Numbered from the stretch's first letter, positions 11,252 to 21,860 are shown. The stretch: 64,000 bases of DNA from Candidatus Poribacteria bacterium (GCA_964291315.2 OZ219753.1:1888001-1952000); one strand, 5' to 3'. Numbers and translations are program-made. Notes: a model not told the origin generated them from the letters alone.

Positions 11252-11353
11252 CCAAAGATCTTCGACCACCGGTTAAAGAGGCTTTTGATGATCACAAGCC
11301 CCTTAACTGATAACCGATAAACAATAGCTGATAACTGAAAGGAAAATTATCAC

Positions 11354-12325
11354 ATGAAAAAAACGATTACTGTTTTTGTAATTGTTGCTGTGACATGCCT
11401 ACTCACATGGCGATACGTTCAGTCTGACGGCCAGGAACAATCCATGGCCGCTGTGGATGAAAGCCACCTGATTTTGGCAACATACACATGGAACGGTGAA
11501 ATGTATCAAATCTCACTGGCACAACTAAACGCCGCAATCGCAGAATTACCCACTTACCGGCAGCGGAACTATCAAAACCGAGCGGACAAAGCCGAGTATC
11601 TTGAGGAATTAATAGATGAACGCCTCAAAATCCACCGCGCTACCGACGACAATTTCGATGTGCTTCCCGAGCACCTTCAGAAACTCGAAGATTACACACA
11701 CCAACTCATGGTTGAAAAATTAACCGAGACTGAAGTCGATGCCAAAGTTGTCTATACTGACGAAGAACTCATGGCACATTATCAAGCAAACCTCAGCGAG
11801 TACGTTGAGGACGCAAAGGCCCGCGCAACTTGTATCTCACTCGATGATGAGACGCTTGCCTACGAAACGCTCGATGCTATTAAGGCAGGAAAAGACATCA
11901 TCGAGATGGCCAAAGAGCTCTCCGAAGCAGGGAAACTTGCCCCCGGCCCCGGCAGCACCGACTCCGAGGACCCCGGCAATACTTACTTTTTCACGAAAAC
12001 CGCTTCTGCACGCTGGTCCGAATTCATTGACGCTGTTTTCGCTCAAGAAGTCGGCGAAATGACAGACACTATCTTTGAAACCGAAGTTAACGATACAGTC
12101 TTCTACCTCATATTCCGGAAAGAGGAGTATCAACCGCAACGTCAGAAGGAATTTGACGAGGTTAAAGATGATGTCCAACGCACCGTTGAACGCGAAAAGA
12201 AACGAGCACGCATCAATCAATGGGTCACAGAAATCTCTGAAAAAGGTAAGTTGAAAACCTATCCTGAAAACATTCCAGAACCACCGCAACCTCAGGAAGC
12301 GGAAACCCAGGAGTCAGACGAGTAG
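11354..12325 (+). CDS. PrsA/SurA-like parvulin-type chaperone
   Basis: N-terminal signal/anchor, SurA_N-like helices, parvulin-like segment (FIDAVFAQEVGEMT), KEFDEVKDDV. Confidence 0.75.
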   Translation: MKKTITVFVIVAVTCLLTWRYVQSDGQEQSMAAVDESHLILATYTWNGEMYQISLAQLNAAIAELPTYRQRNYQNRADKAEYLEELIDERLKIHRATDDNFDVLPEHLQKLEDYTHQLMVEKLTETEVDAKVVYTDEELMAHYQANLSEYVEDAKARATCISLDDETLAYETLDAIKAGKDIIEMAKELSEAGKLAPGPGSTDSEDPGNTYFFTKTASARWSEFIDAVFAQEVGEMTDTIFETEVNDTVFYLIFRKEEYQPQRQKEFDEVKDDVQRTVEREKKRARINQWVTEISEKGKLKTYPENIPEPPQPQEAETQESDE

Positions 12326-12394
12326 CCATTCCCATTTTGTGGAAGCAACCCCTTAGCCATAGTACTAAGTGGATAAAAGGAGCTAGAATTAAAA

Positions 12395-13456
12395 ATGTTC
12401 ACAGAAATTATCTCTCCTATCAACAAGAGGGAGGGCCGGAATCTCCATAGCGATCGACGTATCGGGCAAAAACGACTTCCGGTTATCCCCCTACTTTTAA
12501 TCGCGGTCATTGCTATACACCCCGTCTTCTATAGCTGTGGAGACAAAGCAATCGGAGCAGACGGCACGGTCATCGCAGAGTTCGAATGGAACGGCAAACA
12601 GCGCATCACTCTCGAAGAAATGATGCAGGAAATTAGCGAACTCCCAGAATATAAACAACGCCAATATCAGGACAAAGAGGGACTCGAAACTTACATGCTC
12701 CTCATGGCAGAAAGCCGCCTGATTCTAAACCTCGCTCGCGACCAAAAACTCAACGAAGACACCGAAATTCTCAAAAAGGTCCAAGATTATCTTCATGAGC
12801 TAATGGTTAAGAAAATTACCGCACAAGAAGTTGATGATAAACTCGTCTTAACTGAAGAAGACTACCTCCAGTACTACGAGGCGAATAAGGCAGAACACGT
12901 CCGCCCAGCACAAGTCAGACTCATGTGCATCACACTTACAAATAAAGAACGGGCAGACGAAACTTATGCCCAAATTAAAGAAGGCGGAGACATCGCAGTA
13001 CTTGCACAAGAACTATCTGATAAGGGCGAACTCGTCGGGCCCGGCGCGAACCCAGCCAGTCCCGGGGACACCGACTACATTAGCAGGGAATCCTTTCCAT
13101 CCGGCACTGAACCTTTTTTGGATGCTGCTTTCTCTGCAGAAATCGGAGCACTACATGAAGGTGTTATCGAAGTTGATGTCCAAGGACAAAAATACTATAT
13201 GATGTTCCGGAAAGATGAAGCTCGGGATGCTTACCAGAAGCCTTTTGAGGATGAAGACGTCCGTAGAAATGTAGTGCGGAAAGTTGAACGCGAGAAGCGA
13301 GAGGCACTCATGGAAGAATGGATCCACCAGCTCCGCAATCGCGCCGAAGTTAAAACCTACATCGAGCGCATCCCAGAAGCCCCCGCTGAAGAGGAAGCAA
13401 CCGAGGAACCACCTGAAACCGAGGAAACCCCCACTGAGGGCCAACCTGAAGAATAG
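12395..13456 (+). CDS. PrsA/SurA-like parvulin-type chaperone, paralog of upstream gene
   Basis: Same architecture; possible lipobox FYSC; FLDAAFSAEIG; acidic tail. Confidence 0.75.
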   Translation: MFTEIISPINKREGRNLHSDRRIGQKRLPVIPLLLIAVIAIHPVFYSCGDKAIGADGTVIAEFEWNGKQRITLEEMMQEISELPEYKQRQYQDKEGLETYMLLMAESRLILNLARDQKLNEDTEILKKVQDYLHELMVKKITAQEVDDKLVLTEEDYLQYYEANKAEHVRPAQVRLMCITLTNKERADETYAQIKEGGDIAVLAQELSDKGELVGPGANPASPGDTDYISRESFPSGTEPFLDAAFSAEIGALHEGVIEVDVQGQKYYMMFRKDEARDAYQKPFEDEDVRRNVVRKVEREKREALMEEWIHQLRNRAEVKTYIERIPEAPAEEEATEEPPETEETPTEGQPEE

Positions 13457-13598
13457 CAATTCATGGCGATTGGCAGTTCGCTACTACAGATTGGAAACCA
13501 CCAGGCCGTAAGAGAAGGCTATTTATCAGAAATCTCTTTAACCAATACTCATTTTGCTAATTGCCAATCGCTATTTATCCCAAATAGGAAGTGTAGAC

Positions 13599-14903
13599 AT
13601 GATTCACCGTATACCTGTCTATCCCTTTATCTGTCTCTTACTTATTGTCAGCGGATTCACCCCGGCTACTGCTCGTACCTTCGATAAAATCATCGCTTAT
13701 GTCAATGACGATATTGTAACCAAGCGAGAAATTGATACCCTAGTCAACCAACGCGCAATAGAGCTCCAGCAGGTTTACCGTTTCACCGAACGCGAGGCAC
13801 GCACCGAAGCCGAACGACAACGCGCTGAACTCCTCGACCGCCTTATCCGTCAAATGCTGCTTTTAGAAGCCGCATTAACACTGCAACTCACTGTCAGTGA
13901 CGCAGAAGTAGAACAATACGTACAAGAATTTAAAAAGAGATACCAGATTGAAACTGACGAAGCGTTTAAGGAGCAGCTAAATAGAGAAGGAATGACTATC
14001 ATCGCTTTTCGTGAACAAGCAGAACGGAACCTTAAAGCCGAAAAACTTGTTATGGGACGAATTGTCCCCCGATTGCAGGTCCGAGAAAGTGAAATACAAC
14101 AATTTTTTGAGGAAAATCGGGATCAATTACCAGTTAAAGCAGACAAAATCCATCTGCGACACATCTTTATCGCATTTCAACCAACCGACGCTGACCGAAA
14201 TGCCGCTAACGCTAAAGTCAGCAAAGCCCGCAATGAAATATCAGCAGACAACGCTAATTTCGAGGAAATAGCAAAACGTTATACCGCAAAGCAAAACTCA
14301 ACCTCCCAAGCCGGAATCCTCATCGAAGCCACAACGGAAGAACTAAGTAAGTTTCCACAGATATTTCAGAACGTGCTGACGAATTTAGAGGCAGGCGAAA
14401 TCAGTGAACCAATTGAAGGTAATGAAGGACTCTACCTTTTTAAAGTCGAAACAAAGCATAAGCAGATGATTAGCTTCCGCTACCTCATTGTACCGCTTGA
14501 AATTAGCACGGAAGCGATACAGGCAGCGCGCGAACGGAGTGTCGAGGTTTTCAAAAAATTGGAAAACGAGGAAGACTTTAATACACTCGTTGTAACCTAC
14601 TCTGACGACGCAGAAACGCGCGGAAACGCAGGGGACCTTGGAGTCCGATCCCTTACCGAACTCAATCCAAAAACCCGTAAAATCGTTGAACCACTCGCAT
14701 CCGGGGCACATAGCAGTCCACATGAAACCGACTCCGGACTCCACATCTTCAAGGTTGATGAACGAAATACACCCGAGCTCAGCGAAGCCGAAAAGCAACA
14801 GATCACTGCTATCCTCCGACAGCAACGTTTTCAAGAAGAATGGGACGCATACACCGACAGCCTCATCGGGAACGCTTATATCCAAATTAAATTGAAAGAG
14901 TAA
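13599..14903 (+). CDS. surA: SurA-like chaperone/PPIase
   Basis: DKIIAYVNDDIVT SurA N-terminus; two parvulin domains (HLRHIFI, AGDLG, GLHIFKV); start placed at ATG 13599. Confidence 0.85.
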   Translation: MIHRIPVYPFICLLLIVSGFTPATARTFDKIIAYVNDDIVTKREIDTLVNQRAIELQQVYRFTEREARTEAERQRAELLDRLIRQMLLLEAALTLQLTVSDAEVEQYVQEFKKRYQIETDEAFKEQLNREGMTIIAFREQAERNLKAEKLVMGRIVPRLQVRESEIQQFFEENRDQLPVKADKIHLRHIFIAFQPTDADRNAANAKVSKARNEISADNANFEEIAKRYTAKQNSTSQAGILIEATTEELSKFPQIFQNVLTNLEAGEISEPIEGNEGLYLFKVETKHKQMISFRYLIVPLEISTEAIQAARERSVEVFKKLENEEDFNTLVVTYSDDAETRGNAGDLGVRSLTELNPKTRKIVEPLASGAHSSPHETDSGLHIFKVDERNTPELSEAEKQQITAILRQQRFQEEWDAYTDSLIGNAYIQIKLKE

Positions 14904-14910
14904 GAAATAC

Positions 14911-17900
14911 GTGAAAAAAAGCCAGTCCGATCTGTCTACCTATTACCAACAGCCCTCTCGAAAAAAAAGGCACGCAGGGACAGGAAACAAGGCATCGCGC
15001 CGACTTCTCACGCTTGCTAACCCGCCCTCAATCGCCGTCATAGCATTCGGCATTTTTACCATTTTTTTATACCTCCTTTGGCCCTTACAACCGCTGGGCG
15101 CCCAAGACACACCACCACAAGAACAAGTACCTGCTGATGCAAAAACACCGAATGCTCCAGATAGCGAGCCAGACGAAGATACCCCCACTGAACGCCTGAA
15201 CCCAGAAACAGATGTTCCTGAAGAAGGAACCGTAATCGGTGACGGGGACAATGTATCAATGCTAGATAATTTTGTTCAAATTCACGGCAACGCCCTCGTC
15301 AAATATGGAGACGTCATTCTGCAAGCCGACCACATCTGGGCCGACTTCGACGATAACTTGATGCGCGCCTCAGGCAACGTTCGCCTCAAAATCGGTGACG
15401 AAGAAACCTACTCCGATGAACTCGTCTTCAATCTCGAAACAAAAAAAGGAATCGCCAGAAATGGATTTACCTACAGCGACCCTTGGTACTTTGGCGGCAG
15501 CGAAATCTTTAAAATAGAAGAAGATAAATCTTACGTCCGCGGAGCAACACTCACAACCTGTTCACTCGAACACCCGCACTACTACTTCAGCGTTTCCGAA
15601 GTGATCGTCCGAGTCAATCAAGAGTTGATTGCTAAGAACATTGTGCTACGCATTGGCGGATTTCCGCTCTTCTATTTTCCAGCTATTCGCCGGGACCTAC
15701 GAAAAGGAAAAATTGCCAAGATTATCGTCAAAGTCGGCACAGATAGTTACCAGGGCCCCTACATCAGTATTATCCAGCCGCTTGCCCGCAAACGGCGCTA
15801 TGATGCAGCACTCCTTTACGATAGAAGCGCACGACGCGGGCAAGGTTTCGGGATCGAGGGAAAGTACCGCTTTCGAGACACCCAATTTAAAGAGATACAT
15901 ATCCCTATCCCGCCCGATGCAACACCAAACCAACGCACTAAATTAGAAGAGAAAGCAAACGAATTACAAGACCGACTTGACGGTAAATATGATCGCTATT
16001 GGCTGAAGCAGCTCTTCCTCGAATATAAAATCACCGATGCCGACATTGATAGCGCCAGAAAGCGCGCCGAAGAAATCCATACACAGACCTTAGCGGAGAA
16101 CTCAAACTTTCCACAACTCGCCCAAAGCAATTCCGACCACTCCGAAACCCGTTACGAAGGCGGAGACATCGGGTTCCTCGTGCCCGGAGAAACCGATAAA
16201 GATGGCAACCCCAAACTTAACGCTGCCCTAGAGACAGCCGCATTCACATTGCAAGAAGGTGAAATTAGCCCCGTTATACAAACAGAATCGGCTTTCCATA
16301 TCCTCAAAGCCGATCAGGTGGTTGACATTTACGGCGAACGTGAGGTTAGACTTCGCCGCATTGACATCAATATTACCGCAAGCAACGAAACCAAAACGAT
16401 GCTCCGTGAACTAGCAGATGACCTGCTACAACGTGCTCACGAAGGCCAACCCTTTGAGGAACTTCTGCAACGCGCTAATACCCTCTCTGATTTTGTTCAA
16501 GCCACCTTGTCTGAGGTCAATCAAAAACAAGGACTGCCCCTAAATGAGATGGATTCCTCTTGGCAGTACTCCATCAGACGTATGGAAAACCCCGGCGATG
16601 TTACTGAACGCCGCCCCGTTTCCACACCTGAAGGACTGTACATCTTCCAATTAATTAAGAAAGAGGAAACACCCACTTTTGAAATCCTCGCCGAGGAATT
16701 TCAAGCAGAATGGCAGACGTTTTACGAAAACATTATGAATCCAGTCCCAGAGGACGATGAAAAAAATACCGATACACAAAAATCCGAGGATGGAGATGCA
16801 GAAGAAGCCGATGTGACACCCGATGAACCGGAACAAGGACATGTATCTGACACCGCGCAGGCAACTGAAAATGCAAAAAAAACAGAGGCAACTGCACCGG
16901 AAAGTGAGGCCAACGAAAAGAGACAACCCACAAAAACGACTATGCTAGAAAATAATCCAGAACCGGAGACAGAAAACGAAAATGTCATTTCTGCCGACGC
17001 AAACAAGAAAGAGACAGAAACCGAAGAACAGGTCTACAGACAACACGACTTTCGTGGAAGATGGGAAGACCCAAGCCCCGTGGCATCCGAAGCACAAACT
17101 TTATATACGGGGGAACACAGCCGCCGCCCAATTAAAACAAAAAGAGCGTTTCGTCTTATCAAAGTCGATAAAAAACGAGCATACCGCGGGGATCTCTACC
17201 TTTACGGCGCAGACCGCTATTCTTACGAACGGCAGAACGCCACACGAATCGGCAGAAGCTGGATTATGCGATGGGCCCATACCCAATCCTTCTTTACACC
17301 ATGGGATAGCCGAGAAGCCGGCAGACGACCCATTAGCTTCAACGGACGCACAGAATTACGAGCCCTAAATTATAAAGAAGAACTACAACTCCCCGGCGAA
17401 TCTACGCTCAACTCGTTCGGCATACTTACCTACGGCACCGCCTTCTCCGCCTACAGTCCAAACGACCTTGACGATAATGGCAATCTCAGGTTTTCGCGGG
17501 AAACCATCGGAGATTTCACAGGCAGAATCGAAGCTCGACACATTCACGACTTCACGGGCGAAGGCACAGTCTCATTGCAGAAACTCCCACAACTTACTTT
17601 AAACTTCTCGCGAGTGCGGCTAAGCGCCTTCCCGCTCTTTGAAACCCTTAACGACACTATGGTTTCTGCCGCAGAAAAACTCAAAACTGACACCCCATTT
17701 CTCTCAATGTTTACAGTACCAACCCTCGAAAGCACCAGCCTCGATTTAGATATTGAGCTCGGAAACTTCTTTAGAGAAGTCTTTAACGGTAAAGCCGGCG
17801 AAGAAAGAGATGTATTTCTGCAAACAATGGACCTCGGGTTTGATGTACGCAAACAGTCAACCCTCCTTATCGCCCCGCTCCGTGAACTCCAGCTCAGCCT

Positions 17901-18861
17901 CTACTTCAACACAAACGCCATTTGGCACGACCGAGATCAAGACCAAAATAGAAACATTCTCCGCGGCGTTTATAGCATCAACGGAACCCTTACCAACACC
18001 CTCTTTCGCATCTTCAACATAAGCTATCTCCCCGGGTTGACGAAACTGCGCCACGAAATGCAATCATCGCTCCGATTTGATTATCAACCCCCGGTGGATG
18101 AGAATGATAACCTCTACCCCTTCGGACCCAGCACCTATTTCTTTGAAAGAAAGAGACTAACTTATAACTTCAACACAAGTATCGAAATTAAAACCCGACG
18201 GAGCCAGTCGCCGCACAGAGTCTTATATTTTGATACACGCCTTACCGCCGATTTTACTGACTTTGATCCATTATATAGACGCAAGTACGAACCCATCGAG
18301 AGTGACTTTACTTTTATACCACTCCCCAGTCGAAATCTGAACGTCACTATCCGATTTACACATGATCCAAACCCACATCCCGTGGACCAAAAGACCTTCA
18401 AAATGGTCGGGTTCCGTTCCAATATACGCTATACGCGCCAGGCCTGGAACGTAAGCCTCGGAAGCTCTTTTAGTAAACGGCATACCTCAAGGCAAGCCTC
18501 CCGTTCTATTACCGCTAACGGACGTTATCGCGTCAATCGGAACCTTGAATTTGATGTCAATCTCATCTACTACCCGCTTGAAAGACAGTTTTATTCACAA
18601 CGCATTATGATGACACGGAATCTTCACGATTGGAATTTACGAATATCATGGAACCGCATCGGCCTTAAACGCGAAGACTCACCTTACAACAACGTCCGTC
18701 AGGATTTCACATTTCAAGTTAGCCTGATTCAGGAACCCGCGATCTCGATGGGCGCAGGGTACGATGCCACCACCGAAACCTGGGGCATCCGCACCTTGCC
18801 CGCAGGCATGCCCTACAACGCCTTCGGCGTCGGCAACTCGCTCGGCAGATCCTATTTCTAA
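14911..18861 (+). CDS. lptD: LptD-like outer-membrane protein with inserted parvulin domains
   Basis: OstA-like N-terminal jellyroll (LQADHIW, ASGNVRL, TTCSLEHPHY, PLFYFP) and C-terminal beta-strands (RNLHDWNLRISW); ~435-aa insertion. Confidence 0.75.
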   Translation: MKKSQSDLSTYYQQPSRKKRHAGTGNKASRRLLTLANPPSIAVIAFGIFTIFLYLLWPLQPLGAQDTPPQEQVPADAKTPNAPDSEPDEDTPTERLNPETDVPEEGTVIGDGDNVSMLDNFVQIHGNALVKYGDVILQADHIWADFDDNLMRASGNVRLKIGDEETYSDELVFNLETKKGIARNGFTYSDPWYFGGSEIFKIEEDKSYVRGATLTTCSLEHPHYYFSVSEVIVRVNQELIAKNIVLRIGGFPLFYFPAIRRDLRKGKIAKIIVKVGTDSYQGPYISIIQPLARKRRYDAALLYDRSARRGQGFGIEGKYRFRDTQFKEIHIPIPPDATPNQRTKLEEKANELQDRLDGKYDRYWLKQLFLEYKITDADIDSARKRAEEIHTQTLAENSNFPQLAQSNSDHSETRYEGGDIGFLVPGETDKDGNPKLNAALETAAFTLQEGEISPVIQTESAFHILKADQVVDIYGEREVRLRRIDINITASNETKTMLRELADDLLQRAHEGQPFEELLQRANTLSDFVQATLSEVNQKQGLPLNEMDSSWQYSIRRMENPGDVTERRPVSTPEGLYIFQLIKKEETPTFEILAEEFQAEWQTFYENIMNPVPEDDEKNTDTQKSEDGDAEEADVTPDEPEQGHVSDTAQATENAKKTEATAPESEANEKRQPTKTTMLENNPEPETENENVISADANKKETETEEQVYRQHDFRGRWEDPSPVASEAQTLYTGEHSRRPIKTKRAFRLIKVDKKRAYRGDLYLYGADRYSYERQNATRIGRSWIMRWAHTQSFFTPWDSREAGRRPISFNGRTELRALNYKEELQLPGESTLNSFGILTYGTAFSAYSPNDLDDNGNLRFSRETIGDFTGRIEARHIHDFTGEGTVSLQKLPQLTLNFSRVRLSAFPLFETLNDTMVSAAEKLKTDTPFLSMFTVPTLESTSLDLDIELGNFFREVFNGKAGEERDVFLQTMDLGFDVRKQSTLLIAPLRELQLSLYFNTNAIWHDRDQDQNRNILRGVYSINGTLTNTLFRIFNISYLPGLTKLRHEMQSSLRFDYQPPVDENDNLYPFGPSTYFFERKRLTYNFNTSIEIKTRRSQSPHRVLYFDTRLTADFTDFDPLYRRKYEPIESDFTFIPLPSRNLNVTIRFTHDPNPHPVDQKTFKMVGFRSNIRYTRQAWNVSLGSSFSKRHTSRQASRSITANGRYRVNRNLEFDVNLIYYPLERQFYSQRIMMTRNLHDWNLRISWNRIGLKREDSPYNNVRQDFTFQVSLIQEPAISMGAGYDATTETWGIRTLPAGMPYNAFGVGNSLGRSYF

Positions 18862-18927
18862 TAGAACCGCACCCAACCCCTACATAGGTATGAATAGAGA
18901 AAACTTGGATACCAAATTCTCTGATTA

Positions 18928-20130
18928 TTACCCAATCTCATTGATCGTAATCAGTTGATCGTCCAAGCTCCTATCCGGGCGCGGCAAGTCCCCAAACAAC
19001 GGACGGAAGTAACCCGCACCTGCCGGCGAAATCTGATAGCGTCCAGCATCGTAGAACCGCAGATCTAAACTTCTCCGAATGACATGTCCAGACGTATCAC
19101 GCTTCAACACCTGTCCCAACGGCAGCAAAGTCGGCTCAATGCCAGTATCCGTCCGCGTAATAGTCGCAACCCCGTTGAACATGCCATCTGAGAGCGCCTG
19201 CACCGCAAGAGCACCAGCTTTCATCGCAGCGTCCCTATCTAGCGGAATCGGACTACCGCACCGTTGCAGATAACCCAGAATCAACGCACGGAACGCTGAA
19301 CTCGAAATTCCGGGCAGACGTTTTTTCATCGCCTCAACGATAATCTCGGAACATCCACCCGGTTTTGTATGGCCAAAAGCATCGAGCTCCGCTTGCGAAC
19401 TAATCATCAATTCCCCCGCATCGTTCCGAATACCTTCCGATACAACAACAATCACGTTGCCCCGCTCAGCGTGTTTCTCGCGAATAGCTTCCGCTAACCT
19501 ATCCGGCTGATACGGTATCTCCGGCACAACAATCAAGTCCGCCTGACCGTAGGCTGCAGATAACGTCAACCAACCAGCATCACGTCCCATCGCCTCAACA
19601 ACAATCACTCGATCGTGAGAGTAGGTAGTCGTCCGTAAGTCGCGAACCGCATTGATAACGCTCTGCGCCGATGATGGAAAACCAGGACAGAAATAGTTGA
19701 CCATCTTAGAGTAATCAACCGCATCCCCCTCCGGCGGATTTATACCCACATCGTTGTCAATCGTTTTGGTTACAAAGGTGGTCGTAAATTGATCCGACAG
19801 AGCCGTCCCAACTGTTAAAGTATCATCGCCCCCGATTGGAATAAGACCACTGATGCCCAATTTTTTCAGGTTGCTCACTGCTTCATCTAACTTATTATCT
19901 TTAATTAGATTCGTGCGAGAGCTCTTCAGCAGCGTCCCGCCACGGTTTTCATCAATCAGATCCGGAGACAACGTAAAGTAGCGGCCACCTTTCAGAACGC
20001 CGCGCCACCCCTCCATGAATCCAACCAATTCAAAACCGAGTTCTTCCGCTTTTAAGGCAATACCTTTAAGTGTAGCGTTCAACGCACTCGTATCACCTCC
20101 GCCCGTTAAAACCCCGATCTTTTTGAGCAT
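18928..20130 (-). CDS. phosphofructokinase, probably PPi-dependent
   Basis: LTGGGD, GGTLLKSSR, GGDDT, KTIDND, EAMGRDAGW, LGYLQRCG. Confidence 0.9.
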   Translation of the reverse strand: MLKKIGVLTGGGDTSALNATLKGIALKAEELGFELVGFMEGWRGVLKGGRYFTLSPDLIDENRGGTLLKSSRTNLIKDNKLDEAVSNLKKLGISGLIPIGGDDTLTVGTALSDQFTTTFVTKTIDNDVGINPPEGDAVDYSKMVNYFCPGFPSSAQSVINAVRDLRTTTYSHDRVIVVEAMGRDAGWLTLSAAYGQADLIVVPEIPYQPDRLAEAIREKHAERGNVIVVVSEGIRNDAGELMISSQAELDAFGHTKPGGCSEIIVEAMKKRLPGISSSAFRALILGYLQRCGSPIPLDRDAAMKAGALAVQALSDGMFNGVATITRTDTGIEPTLLPLGQVLKRDTSGHVIRRSLDLRFYDAGRYQISPAGAGYFRPLFGDLPRPDRSLDDQLITINEIG

Positions 20131-20300
20131 GTTACAACTCCTTTATTTTATACATATTTTTATTCCTACATCTAACGCTGCAATCATCTCTAGCAAGGAT
20201 TCTCTACCCTGACGTTTGGATCGGTTTCTCAACCCTATCCTTCTTTATCTTACCGAAGATTCCAGAATCCTGAACTTCTAAGGGACCTAACTCTCAGAAA

Positions 20301-21860
20301 CTACTTCACAACTTCGACAAGTACCGGTTTATCTAAGGCGAGCGCCTTTTCAAAAGTCGGCTTGAAATCGTTCAGATCCTCAACACGTAACCCAATCGCC
20401 CCGAATGACTCAGCAAATTGCACAAAATCCGGGTTAGCGAGCTCAACTCCGATCCGTTTACCAAAACGCCGAAGTTGGCCACGTTCAATCGAGGTATACC
20501 GATTATCGTTCATCACAAGCGTTACAACCGGCAGTTCATATAGCACAGCCGTGGCGAGGTCTGGAGACGACATCAAGAAACCGCCATCACCACTAAGTGC
20601 AACGACTTTGCGCTCCGGGTAAGCAACTTGGGCACCAATAGCCCCGGTCAATCCGATCCCCATCGCAACAGAAACACCCGAAAAAATATAGCTCCCAGGA
20701 TAATAACACGGAAAATGATGCAGCGCGCCATATCCAGTGATATTAACATCAACCGATAAGATAGCATCGCGAGGCATCACATCACGCATCTCCTTGAGAA
20801 TTCGAGGCGACTCAATTGCGGTGAATCGACGGCGTAATTCGCGTAAACCCTCACCCCAGCCCCCTATTCGTTTTTCATCGCGCAGTGCCGCGTTCAACTG
20901 GCGCAAAACCAGTTTCGGATTCGCACCAATGCCGACAGTAGCAGGATATTCCTTGTGAATCTCCGCTGTGTCTGCCTCGATGTGTAGCAGCGGCTGCGGA
21001 ATCTTGAGACTCCAGTTTCCCGTATCACGATAGTTGAACCGCGTACCAACAGCAACCAGAAGATCAGAGGCCTCCATCGCCGCTTGGGCAACACCATCAC
21101 GAAAGATACCGATCACATTCGGTGAGTCTTCAGGCACAGAACCCTTCCCAAAACCTGTCATCACAATCGGCGCATCTAATAATTCCGCGAACGCCAACAT
21201 CTCCGCAGTTGCCCGTGTATGATTGATACCACCACCAGAGATAAGTAACGGACGCTCAGATACACTTAGGAGCGCCAAAGCCGCATCTATATCTTCTGAG
21301 CTCGCTGGCATCTGGATACCGACGTTACGAGATAGGATTGGTGGATCGATCTCTGTGTCCAATGCATCTTTAGCCAGCTCAATCAACACCGGGCCCGGCC
21401 TACCTGAGCGAAGGGCACCGAAACTCCGATGGATTGCACCCGGAATCTGATCAACACGATGCACAATCTCCAAGTGTTTCGTCATCGGAGCAAAGGCAGC
21501 CTGCTGATCCAAACCGTGGAAACTCTTCCTTGGATCACGCGAGGCCAAATAAGACGGATTCTGACCTGTAATCCACAGAACCGGCGAAGACGCAGTATTC
21601 GCCTCACCAATGCCGATGGAGGCATTATTAGAACCCGGCCCCGGGACAGTCATGCAGACCCCGACATCACCAGTCGCACGCGCATAACCGTCTGCCATAA
21701 ACGACGCACCGCCCTCATGACGCGTAACGTAGTGCCGAATGCTAGCTCGATTGTTATATAATGCTTCATAGACGGTGTCCAGATGGTTACCCGGCAAACC
21801 GAAAATGACGCTAACACCTTGTGCCTTCAAACCTTCAACAAAAAGATCTCCACCCGTCAT
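20301..21860 (-). CDS. thiamine-pyrophosphate-dependent enzyme (acetolactate synthase-like)
   Basis: FGLPG, RHEGGASFMADGYARATG, GDGGF...N TPP motif. Confidence 0.92.
   Translation of the reverse strand: MTGGDLFVEGLKAQGVSVIFGLPGNHLDTVYEALYNNRASIRHYVTRHEGGASFMADGYARATGDVGVCMTVPGPGSNNASIGIGEANTASSPVLWITGQNPSYLASRDPRKSFHGLDQQAAFAPMTKHLEIVHRVDQIPGAIHRSFGALRSGRPGPVLIELAKDALDTEIDPPILSRNVGIQMPASSEDIDAALALLSVSERPLLISGGGINHTRATAEMLAFAELLDAPIVMTGFGKGSVPEDSPNVIGIFRDGVAQAAMEASDLLVAVGTRFNYRDTGNWSLKIPQPLLHIEADTAEIHKEYPATVGIGANPKLVLRQLNAALRDEKRIGGWGEGLRELRRRFTAIESPRILKEMRDVMPRDAILSVDVNITGYGALHHFPCYYPGSYIFSGVSVAMGIGLTGAIGAQVAYPERKVVALSGDGGFLMSSPDLATAVLYELPVVTLVMNDNRYTSIERGQLRRFGKRIGVELANPDFVQFAESFGAIGLRVEDLNDFKPTFEKALALDKPVLVEVVK

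Noticed and set aside
11300-11340. CTGATAAC-like short repeats downstream of mfd
   Set aside because: Too short and degenerate to support a functional call
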